A DNA stretch of 64,000 nucleotides from Callorhinchus milii (Eukaryota). A program made the position numbers and the translations under genes. Below the pieces are notes generated by a model. That model was not told where the DNA came from. It did not search any database and saw nothing but the letters and a program-made list of their open reading frames with translations. Location: positions 88,228,001 to 88,292,000 of the forward strand of contig NW_024704742.1 in assembly GCF_018977255.1 (NCBI RefSeq), written 5' to 3'. This document shows positions 13,036 to 24,000 of the stretch, in pieces; the stretch's first letter is position 1, and each line of letters begins with the position of its first letter.

Positions 13036-14712
13036 TTCTTTACCCCGAGAGTAATTAATGACTGGAACACACGACGATCAAAACAAAATAATAAGTTAAC
13101 AAGAAGGGAGGCTGAAGCCAGGACCCTGGAATCATTTAAACAGCTTGATGCTGTGATGGGAGCATGGTAGGATAGTATTCAGGAAGCATGAGATCAAATG
13201 GGCTGAAGGACCTTCTTCATCCAAAACTCTCTTGTGTTTTTGTGATCTAGACTGACAATCCAGTGCAGCACTGGGGAAGTGTCGCATGGTTGGAGGTGTC
13301 TTCCTTCAAGTGAGGCAGTAAAATGAGTTCCCATTTCCTGTCCAGGTGAAAGTTAAAGATCCAATGATACTGTTTGATAAGGGAAGGAGTCTCTCCTGGA
13401 GATCGAGCTATCAATTCCCTGCAAAAGTTCCACCTCCCTCTTGGCTGTTTGCGGGATCTAGCTGTGTGCAAAATGGATCCTGTGGTTGACTACAAAAAAC
13501 AGTGACTACATGTGGGAAGCACTGTAAGATGCTTTGGCCTTCTAGGTGCTATGAAAACCCCAGTTTTACAGGCGAGATTCAAACCCAGTTCTGAAGTGCG
13601 TTATTAATATCACTTTGAACCACGCTTCCACATACTGTTCAGGGGTTAGGTTGACCAGGAAGCAGGTGCTATAGTTCACAGAGCAAGTCAGCTGCATTGT
13701 ATCAGATATGCTTAGTGATGTTTTGTGTAAAATGGTCTTCACTTTAGGTGTTGAAAGCTGTTCGTGTACTAGCTACAGTAGACAGTGTACAGGTTAGGAG
13801 TTGCTTGCTGTGTATGTACTAACTGCAATGGACAGTATTTCAAGTTAGGAGTTGACAGCTGTGGGCAAGTACATCTACAATAAACAATGTATGGTACTGT
13901 TGGCTGTGTGTATGCATTACCGGAGCTGTCTTAAAATAACAAGATGTCATTTTGTTGTGTTGAAGCTTTGATTTTGTACATTGTGAAAAGCAAAGGCAGC
14001 AGAACAGGTTCAGATAAGCAATTGAGCCACCATAGTGCGTTACAATACTATCTGTTCATTCCTGGCACTCGTGCCAAACTACTCCCGTGATAGATGGGAT
14101 GTCAGTTTCCTTTCTCCAGTGTTGAGAGGTTTTGGTCCAGTTCCCACCAAAACTCTTTTGGGGCAGCACCAATTTTTCCCCTTTTGGAGATTGATTGGCA
14201 ATCCAACTTGTATTAACCTGAAATGCCTTCTGCATGCAGTAGGAAGTGAGTGCTCTGTAGTACTAGGAGCCTCAGTATCAGTGAGCGCACAATATTTGAT
14301 CTTCACCAGTGCCTATATCTTCCTTGACTGTTCTCAATCAGCTGGTAGGAAATGGAGATAAGTGGAGGAATGTGGAGCTCACTCGAGAACTTGGTCACTA
14401 GACTCAGGCCAGGCTTGCCCTGCCGGAGAGGTGGTTCGTTTAGCTGACTGCTGGAATGATCATGAAGACGGGTATCAGTCCGCATTGTCCTTTGATACTT
14501 GGGGCCTAGAAACATTTTGGGGGGATCGGGGCTTCTCTGTGGGGATAACCCTCATTCCCTAGTGGAATGCAATGCGGTCTGATAAGGCTTAGCCTTGCTC
14601 AACAATAAAAAAAAGTTCTCAATCAGCTAGCCTGGGATTTGGCATCAGGTGAAGTAGAAAGGTATGTGTTTGCCTGCCCCCAGTTGTGTGAACAGGGTTT
14701 GTGAATCCTCAC

Positions 14713-14854
14713 CTGAATACATGTCATGGGCTGGGCCTGGGGATCGTCCCAGGGGGCCATCCACGCCATCATGCGGTGACGTCGCGGGCTGCAGGGGCTG
14801 GATGGTCAGGCAGTCATTCAGCATCTCCTGGTCAGGCTCATTGCTGGATCGTAA
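14713..14854 (-). CDS. GLIS3: GLIS3 internal coding exon (equivalent to human exon 7)
   Basis: LRSSNEPDQEMLNDCLTIQPLQPATSPHDGVDGPLGRSPGPAHDMYS plus 1 nt (142 nt, phase 0-1). Acceptor tgtgcAG, donor GTgag. Resembles human GLIS3 LRSSTELHPDLLTDCLTVQSLQPATSP...GRSPGPGPDLYS as recalled, which separates it from GLIS1. Confidence 0.94.
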
Positions 14855-17152
14855 CTGCACACAGAACACAAACACTTTGGTTGGTGACGAAGGATAAACA
14901 ACCCCAAAAATTTACACTTGTACGGTGCCTTTCATGTGGAAGAAAGTCTCAAAGTATTTTACAATGTCTGAATAGGAGTCTGAGTTGGCAAGGAGCTGGG
15001 TGGAGAGATGGCTGAAAATGCAGTCAAAGGGTTTTCAGATAATAATAATACTTGCATTTGATATAGCGCCTTATAACGTCATTGAGACATCTCAAAGCAC
15101 TTCACAGAATATATCGTAAAGTGGACTGACTGTGTATTTTGTGGGCAAATTTTGATGATATTTGATTTGAAAGCAGGGCAAGGATCGGAGTGAGGGGCTT
15201 ATGGAACCTAGGATATGAGCAGTGGAATACTGAATGCTTTGTAGCTTGGGGAAGATGGAGCTGGTGAGGCTGGTGAGCAGGGCATTAGAGAAGTGGAGGT
15301 GATAAAAACCTGGATGAGGGTTTTGGCTGTGTTGGGGTGAAGTATTGGCAGAGGTAGGCGACGTTGTGAGGATGGAAGAAAACAGACATGGTCAGCCTGG
15401 ATGAAAGGTTTGAAAGAGAGTTGAGGGTTGTACAAATAACTATGTGAAAATCCCTTCTCATTTCCAGTTATGTCTTGCGATCTTTAATGTTCACTTGAAG
15501 AACAGGCAGACAGGACCTTGGTTTAACATCTCATCCATACAATGATGCCTCCAACAACAAGAGCTCCCCTGTTACTGACCTGGAGTGTCAGCCTGGACTC
15601 TAAGCTCAAAGTTCCAATGCAAGGCTTGAAGCCACAACTTTCTGAACTAGAGGTGAGAGTGCTGCCAGCTGAGCCAAGCTTACCCCTATTACAGCAAAGA
15701 AGAAAGCCCTCAGGCTGGAGTCATCAATCTCCTTATAATAATCTTTGCATTTGATATAGTGCCTTATCAAGTTATTGAGACGTCTCAAAGCGCTTCACAG
15801 GATATACTGTAAAGGGAATTGACTATATTTTATGAGCAAAATGTGGCAGTCAATTGTGCACAGCAGTGTCCCACGGACAACCATGAAGTGAGTGACCAAT
15901 TTTATCTGGAGGATTGTTGACCAGGACATTGGGGGAAACTTCCTTGTCTTTTTGAATAGTGCCATGGAATCTTTAACATCCACCTGAACAGGTGTGATCT
16001 CTGGATGAAAAAGGCCCTTCAGCTCATTCAGAAAAACATATATTTAAATTTATACAGCTCCTACCACATTGGGAAGATTTCATAAACTCACAAGATTAGT
16101 CTGGATGAAGACAGCATGGACAGGCTCTGGGCCTTTGAATCACATAATCTAAGATGACACTCCAATGCAGTGCTGGGGGTGGTGTTGCATTGTCAGAGCT
16201 ACTATCCTTCAGATGAGATGTTAAACTAAGGTCCCTTCTAGCTGATCGGGTGGATGTTAAAGATCCCATGGCATTATTCAAAAAGAGAAGGGAATTTCTC
16301 TCTCCTGATATCGTGGCCAACAATACCCCAAATAAAATTGGTCACTCACTCCGTGGCAGTTTGTGGGACATTGCTGTGTGTAAACTGGTTGCCGCATTAT
16401 GCCTACAAAATATACAGTCACTGCAATTTACAGTATAATCCTGTGAATCACTTTGAGACATCAAGATGATGTGGTAAGGCACCATATGAAATACAAGAAT
16501 TATTATTATTAGGAAGAAGGCCCTTTGGCTCATCTGATCTCATTCCTCCAGAACTCTCACCCCACCGTCCCCCCTATCACAGCATCAAACTGCTTTTTAA
16601 ATGAGTCCAGTGTCCCAGCCTCCATCATGTTTTCTGGCAACCTTACCCCTCACTAATTCTGGCACCAGTTGTTGATTACCCTTTGAGTAAAGAAAGACTT
16701 CCTGATACATGTCCTGAAATTCACAGAAAACTTTCACCATCCTAGATCCAATCCAGACTCTGGAGAGTTCTACATATGCATGCAGCATTCCCTGGATCTG
16801 AAATGAAATGGGCACTCTCTCTCCAGTGGTACATACTCTGCTCATCGAATCCTGGAAAGTATTAGTGCAGGTTGGCAAGCATCAAAGCTTGGGGACCCAC
16901 AGTGTATTGGAGTCGAACCAACCAACCAACTAAAACTATGTGGCTTGCCATTGCAAACAGTAAAACTAGCGATCAGGGTTTCCACCTCAACTTTAAGAGT
17001 TTCACTTTTTCGATGGCAATAAATGTTTATCTTTTGGAGGTGCCCGTTTCCGGCAGTACAGTACAACCAAGCTTGGAACCTACTAGAATGCAACTTTATG
17101 TGCACTGGTTGACAAGTGCTAAGTTACTTTCACCAAAGATCTAAAGAGTACA

Positions 17153-17318
17153 AAACACAAAATACTGCAGATGCAGATCACTTGTCCTTAAAAACCTCTC
17201 CCTCCCAACATGCCCCAGTTCTGACGAAGGGTTGTGGACCCGAAACGTTGACTCACTTTCCTTTCTCCATAGATGCTGCCTAACCTGCTGTGTGTTCCCA
17301 GCTCTCTCTGTTTTTGTT
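17153..17318 (+). mobile_element. Penelope-like element pseudo-LTR fragment with short inverted 5' piece
   Basis: Exact 14-bp TSD ATCTAAAGAGTACA at 17139-17152 and 17319-17332. Starts with an inverted copy of the element end (aaacacaaaatactgcag, compare ctgcagtattttgtg at about 1826-1840). Body matches 1736-1810. Confidence 0.8.
17217..17253 (+). ncRNA. Minimal type-I hammerhead ribozyme motif (copy 2)
   Basis: AGUU-CUGACGA-A-GGGUU(GUG)GACCC-GAAA-CGUU-GACU. Stem I AGUU/GACU; predicted cleavage after GUU at 17249. Confidence 0.72.
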
Positions 17319-17619
17319 ATCTAAAGAGTACACTTCTTAAACATATCATCACTGAATGGTGCCAGAGTGTGCAGAATGAGCCTGGCCACTCCTGCAGTGA
17401 TATTCCATGCTGCTGTTAAAACAGTGGAAGCCCTTAGGTGAACCAGTATTTTAGATATTCTGTCATTCGGGAGAAAGATGTTCATATCTCCTGTAGCTCA
17501 CAATCGACAGCATGCTCTGCATAGACCTTTAACTGAGGCTTCTGAGGTGTGAACTGCTGAGGTACAAATTGCTCAAAGTCTCAGTCTTCACCACGATTCA
17601 TATCTTAAGAGCATAAATG

Positions 17620-18062
17620 ATAATAACAATCCTTGCATTTGAATTAGAGCCTTTCACATCAGGAGCACTTCACAGGACTGACATTCTCAAAGCATTTCAC
17701 AGGATTTACTGTAAGGTATAGTGGCTATGTGTTTTGTTGACGAACGAGGCAGGCAATTTACATGTAATGATATCCCACAACAGTCATGAGGCAAATGGAC
17801 AATTCTATCTGGGAAACTGTTGGTCAGGATTCTCGGAGAATCTATCTTCTTTTTATGAATAGTGGTATGGGATCTTGAACAGGCAGATGGGACCTCGGTT
17901 TAACGCCTCATCTGAAGGACGGCATTTCTGACAATGCAGCTCTCCCCCACCCTGGATTAGAGGGTCTGTTTACACAGTATGAGTTCTAAATCCTGATGTT
18001 GGACTTGAACCCACAAGCTTCTGACTCAGAGACAAGAGAGCTACCAACTGAACCAGGCTGAT
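17620..18062 (-). mobile_element. Full-length older DeuSINE-type SINE (family B, SacSINE1/AmnSINE1-like)
   Basis: Minus-strand head TCAGCCTGGTTCAGTTGGTAGC...TGAGTCAGAAGCTTGTGGGTTCAAGTCC. Central CAGATGAGGCGTTAAACCGAGGTCCC...AAGATCCCAT motif recalled from Deu-domain SINEs. Same 3' tail as family A. Further diverged copies at about 575-930(-), 5350-5800(+), 7860-8090(-), 10960-11270(+), 13250-13550(+), 15480-15990(-), 16130-16510(+), 29900-30220(+), 45630-45935(-), 46995-47292(-), 52830-53003(-), 54160-54370(-), 62160-62430(+). Confidence 0.8.
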
Positions 18063-21000
18063 ACAAAAAATAAGAACAGGATTAGACCATTCAAGCCTGC
18101 TCCACTCTTTTATTCGATCACAGCTGATTTGAAACTTAAATAGCATTTCCCTGCCCTTTCACCATCTCCCTTCATACCTCGCCTGCCAAATATTCATCAC
18201 AGTCCTTCTTAAATATTTCAATTGTCCTGGAATCTGGAACCATTTGGACAGGAGTAAATTCCACATTTCTCAGTGTGAAAACAACTTCTTCTAACTTCAC
18301 CTTTAACTGGTTTCAACTCTAAATTAAAAGGCAAGAATAGTACCGAATTCTGCGTGACTCTTAAATTCAGTCTTAATTTGGAAGTTGTTTTTAATAATAA
18401 CCCTTGTATTTATTATGTCCTTGAGACATGTCAAAGCGCTTCACAGAATACACTGTGAAGTGGATTGACAGTATTTTGCGGGCTAAACGTGGCAGCCAAT
18501 TGCACACAGCAAGGTCCCACGAACAACAGGGTGAGGGACCAAATTTAGTTTTTCTACAACAACTGCAACAATCTTAAATTGTAAGAGAGTGATGTAAAGG
18601 CAAAGGCCATGAGAAGCTCCAGGCTGAAGACCACACGTTCCACCAGTTTAAAGGGTCAGCGAGTTACGCAATTGTGACGTAAGGAACTGGTTTACTGTTT
18701 GGCAAACCATGGACGGTATGTGAATCTGTTCCAGATTTTCATTTCGATAAAGATTTGATAATTATTTCCAGAACGGAGTCTGAGCGAAATAAAATCCAGC
18801 CTGGCCATACACACTATGATTAAGGAATGGACATTAAGAAGACAGTTCCATCTGCTCTAAGTGAGTGAGTGAGGAGGGATGCTTTTGTTGTTTGGCTTTG
18901 TGTTACTTAATTGTCATGAGGTCAAGAATGAAACGTTGTGGTCCAATTTGCGGTATTTCTTAAGAGATTTTCTAATAAGAAATGTGCATGTGGATATTAA
19001 ATTTCTAAACAATGCAACAATGCAATATGCCAGGACATTTGATGGTTTATAAGTCTGATAATTCCATATTTCTTGGGCTCCAAATTCTCAAAGGTAGAGC
19101 TCCCCATCTGCTGAGCGCTCAATCTCACTGGGTGTTTAGAAGTAGAGAGCAGCCATTCTACCACTTGGCAAGCCAAATTACCCTGCCTCGTTTTTGCCTG
19201 CATGCCTCTTTGTGACCGCTTACAGACTGATGCTTTATTTATGTAGTTATGCCTAACTCGCCACTCCTAATAAATCGTCACTGAGCCCTTTTCCTTTGGA
19301 GTGATGAGTTATCAGGAGTTTACTGTATTCAAGTGAATCTTTACTTGAACAAAACTGCAATTAGCTTCGATGCTACGAGGTCAATGATGCTGACTCTCCC
19401 CTTCCCACCAGCCTTCAAATTCATATAATCAGACATTTCAGCACAGAAGGAGGCCATTCAAACCGTTGTGCCTGTGCAATGCTAACTCTCCTACTGGAGC
19501 TATCAACTCTAATCCTATTTTTCTATCTAATCCTAACACATATCCTTTCATAAATTTGTTCTTCGAGTGATTAACTAATTCCCTTTTAAATGAGGCAATT
19601 GACTTGGCTTCAATGGCTACGCGGGGTAACGCATTCCACATCCAAATAGCCCTTTGTGTCAAACAGGATTCTTTTAACCTCCCACTTTATGTTTCTAGCG
19701 ATAATCTTGAGTTTATGTCCTCGTGTTGACAATTCACCAACCAGCGGAAATAATCTTTCACTAAATGAGTAGCTACTTTTTTGATTTTATTCTCTTTGGG
19801 GGTTGTTCTGTTCCCTTCACTTAGTACAAGTCTTTTGATCTGTGCTTGTATGGGAAATCTCATTTCCCTCCACGGTGTAGGAGTAATGGAGGGTATTTGT
19901 ATTCTGTATTCTGAACGTTCACCAACACAACAGCTGGAGTGGAGATACAGCTCAGTAGCCTGTTTCCTCTCTCAGGACCACACCATTAGCACAGGCTGTC
20001 TGTGAACTGGGTCTTCGGACATCCCTGGCATCAGCGACCAGGCAGGAATTGTAACAAACAAGTGGGCTTCTCCCCTTCAACCACCTTCAAAGAGCATTTG
20101 TACCCGAGATGTGACAAAGTAAGTCACATAGATCTGATCTCAAATCATCCACTAGTCCTCATCTGGAACCACGGAGGTCAAAGGTGACGACAGCCACACT
20201 GAGTCAATGACTGATTCGGTTACTGAAGAAGGAGAGAGAGCTGCAGCTGGAGCTGTGAGGCACAATGTTTTGCAGCATCAATTACTGCTGTTGCCAAGGT
20301 ATAGATTCAGACCAGATGTTGACAAGTCAGCAGCACATCAGTGCAGGAGCAGGAATTCCAGGAGGTGGAGTTAGAGGTGACACCGTTTCTCATTGAAGCA
20401 TGCTATAAATGTCAGAAAATAGTCTCACATGCATTTTTTTTTACAAAATGGTGCTTTGGGGGACGAAAAGGCTGCGAGAGTTTCAAACAGCATTCACTAA
20501 ACGCGATAGTATCGCTCCCACAGAAATCTGCAGACATTGGGGTCAGTAACCAAGAACATACTACCTGCTCTTCACACTGCTCATTTTCGGGTGTGACTGT
20601 GACACACTACTCGTTACCAGCAGGATTTCCCATTAATGATCCTGCATTAGTGAATCCCATTGGATTCAGCTTATACAAACCCCGCAGTTCCAATTGTTGT
20701 CTTTTTTTACCGGAAAAATTAAAAAGTGAATTTAATGGAACACACAGGATTTTCCTAAGATCAGGTTGGATGAAGAGGCCCTTTGGCCCATCAGATCTTT
20801 ACTTTCAAAATGAAGGATAAACAACTTCTCATCAGAGCATCAAGCTATATTTTAAAATGAGTCCAATATCTTACAACCCCTTAGGTCCTCATCTCTCCTT
20901 GTAATTTGCGGTTGAGAGAGCAAACAGGTGCGATTGCTTTTGGATGTGTTGTTTCGGCACTAGTTGATCAGAGTTGGGTTGGATATCATTATTAATCTGT

Positions 21001-24000
21001 CGATCGTTATCTCCTTCTCTTCCCCTCCCTGTGAGGAGAAATCAGCAATTCATGGAATCTCTGGGATTGAATTCTTGGGATTGGACTCCGACTTTGTGCA
21101 ATTACATATATTAGTGACAAGATATAGGAAGAAATTTACTCTATATTCTTGAAGAATTTGTCAATTTCTCAGTTTTGAACCGTTTTTCTGTAATTTAATT
21201 CAATAGTCTGCTGACATTCAGTTTCAGGGTTCAAACGTGAAGAAAAACCACTTGGGTCAGGCACTGGTGATACATAAACTGTACAGTATGAATCAACCCT
21301 TCAGAGGGAGAGTAGGGAGCAAGTCAGCAAAAACTAATTTGAAAAATGTAATTACATTTGATCTAGATTTTTCACTCAGGGAAGGTTAGCAAGTGAAAAT
21401 AATTTGGCATAAAATTGGAAAGTACATCTCGATACACCACAATGATGGATTGAGACCAGGACCATGGAGTCAGATCATTGCTGCAATGGGATGGTGGTAG
21501 GGTATGTATCCTGGAAAGCCAGAGGACCTTCTTGAACCAAATTCCTCCTTGGAGGCTCCATTGTGACTAAGAAAGATCCAGCAACAAGAAAACAGTCACT
21601 TCAATACAATCCAAATTTATATTCATACAGTGCCTTTTCATGTCAGGAGGACGTCCCAAGGCACTTTAACAATAATGGCTAGGCACCTGAGCTGAAGGTG
21701 GGAGCTGGGAGGGTGAGAGTGGGGGAAGATGACCGAAAGTGCAGTGAAAGAGGTAGGTGTTGAGACGGAACAGACACTGAAATGTAGCCTGGAAATAGCT
21801 GTGAGGTCAGGCAGGAGCAGTGCTGGGAAAATGCACTCCTCTGAGCAGTGCAGAGTCGCTTCCGACTGAAGCCTCTCAATATGTGCACGGCATCAGAGTG
21901 GAATTCCTGAAACTCAACAAGCCGCTCCTAACAGAAAGATTCGTGCAGTGAAAGACTTCCGATAGGAGTAATTCACAAAATGTGATAGATGGTTTCAGAA
22001 GGAGAAAGTTGCCTTTACCACGAGCCAAAGAATGTTTTTAAGAAGAAAAAAAAAGGCTTAAAAAAACGCCTGGCTTTAAACTAATGTCTGGATTCTAAAG
22101 AATGCCAAATGTCATAAAAAAAAGCACGATGGATTAAATGGCTGTGCTGCCTATTTTTATGGTCTGTAATTTGGTCAGTTCACTGCAGTTCACATTATTC
22201 CCATGTTCAAGATGTGTAAACCTCCTTCTGTGCATCTGATATTATTGTGTGGGGAGATGGGATACAGAAGATCGGAGGCACAAATCAAACAGAGGCATCG
22301 GGCTGAAGTCAGGAGAGTAATGGATAGCTACAACCAGATGAACTGCGTGAAGCATTCAAGCTCTGCATTCAGTCTATCCAGTCGAGCATGTCAATTTCCA
22401 TTTCAGCAATTTATTAATGTTTGCTTCCATTTCGAACCTTTCTGCTATTTCATTAAGATGACTATCACACTGTTGATTTATGTTAAAGCGGGTGATTCCC
22501 TCTCCCCCTTTCATGGGGACAGCAGGAACTCAATGCTTTGGCTATGTTATCTTCATCTGTGTCTGCAGCAATGCAGACCGGCAGCAGAAGAGGGTTTATT
22601 TGGTTTATGTGGTCAGCCGGGTATCTGACCCAGTGAAACCCTTCACCCTGCTTAAGAGTATCTAAACCGGACTGAGAGTTGCATGTTTGCCACCTACACA
22701 TGGAAATTTCCCTTTGTCTGGAATGGAATGCGCACTCTCTTCTTGGAAGCGACGTATCCTGCTAACCTAATTCCAGAGTTGGCAAGAGCCAAGGTTTGGG
22801 GTCCCCAGAGTTTGTGTTGGGGTACTGCTGGAGCCATGCAGCTGAAACTGCATAGCTTGCCATTCAGGGCACTGCCTGGCAGCTTTCCCGTCGCTTGTCC
22901 AGCTAGGACTATTCTATCAATTAGAGCTTTGGCTTTCGGGGTTAACAAGTGCTGAATGGGAAGAATCCCTACTCAAAGTGACTGATGTGTCGCTACAAGT
23001 CTTGATGAGCCAGGCTGACTGTGCTGTTATCAGAAATACCCTGGAATACTGTGGACCAACCTGACTCAGGTGGTCAGCAATAAACCCCCTCCCCCCCACC
23101 ACCATATATATATATATATTAGAAGAGAAACCAGAGAAACTGTCAGAAAAGAAATCAGGAACATTAATACCATGGAGAGAGGGGTGGGGAGAATGAGAAA
23201 CATTGTGGTGAACTGGTGAAAATTATAAGTCATCTAAACTCTGAACTTTATATTTAAGTTCCATCCAAACTTCAAAGCTATCTTTTCTCGCAACAAAGAC
23301 TAGTTGTTAAAATCAGCACATTTGTGAATCAGAAATGTCTCAGATGTGGGCGTTGTTGAAACACGGGGCATTCTTAGTTTTATTGCTCTGGGATACAGGT
23401 TAAAAGAGTTATTCATTGCTTCAGCCTCGTGTATTGTATATCAGGAATAAATGGTGCTGGCAGAGCTACAAGGGGGTGAAACTCGAGGGCTTTCAATGAC
23501 ATCATAAACCACGAGAGCAATGTGGGAGCAATTTAAACCATTCTCCAAACCCAGAAGAGAGAGAGTTTGCTGAGGAGAACGTTTCTCCTAAGGTATTTCT
23601 ATATTAGTTTACCACTTTATCCTCACCAAGGGGCAACATTTACACCAAAGCTCCATTCACTAAGAGGTTGTGTGGAATATGAGGAAGGAAAAGATATGCA
23701 TCTTGGGATATAATAATTACAATAATAATATCTTTGCATTTGGTATAGCACCTTTCATATTGGGAGGATGTCCCATAGTCACTTCCCAGGTTTTACTGTA
23801 GACTGGAGTGAATGTATGTTTTTATAGATATCACACGGAAAGATATCCAGTTTGAAACATATACTTAAAATTGGATCCTAACAACAACACCTTGCACTTA
23901 TGCAATGATTCTTATTTGGAAGAATGTCTTCAAGAGCTTTACAGAGACAAAGTGGGAACCCGAGAAAGGTATGATAATAATAATAATCCTTGCATTTGAT

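Noticed and set aside
12441..13058. 205-aa ORF, the longest in the track
   Set aside because: Frameshifted L2 3' fragment running into the 3' UTR; not a host gene and no intact RT domain.
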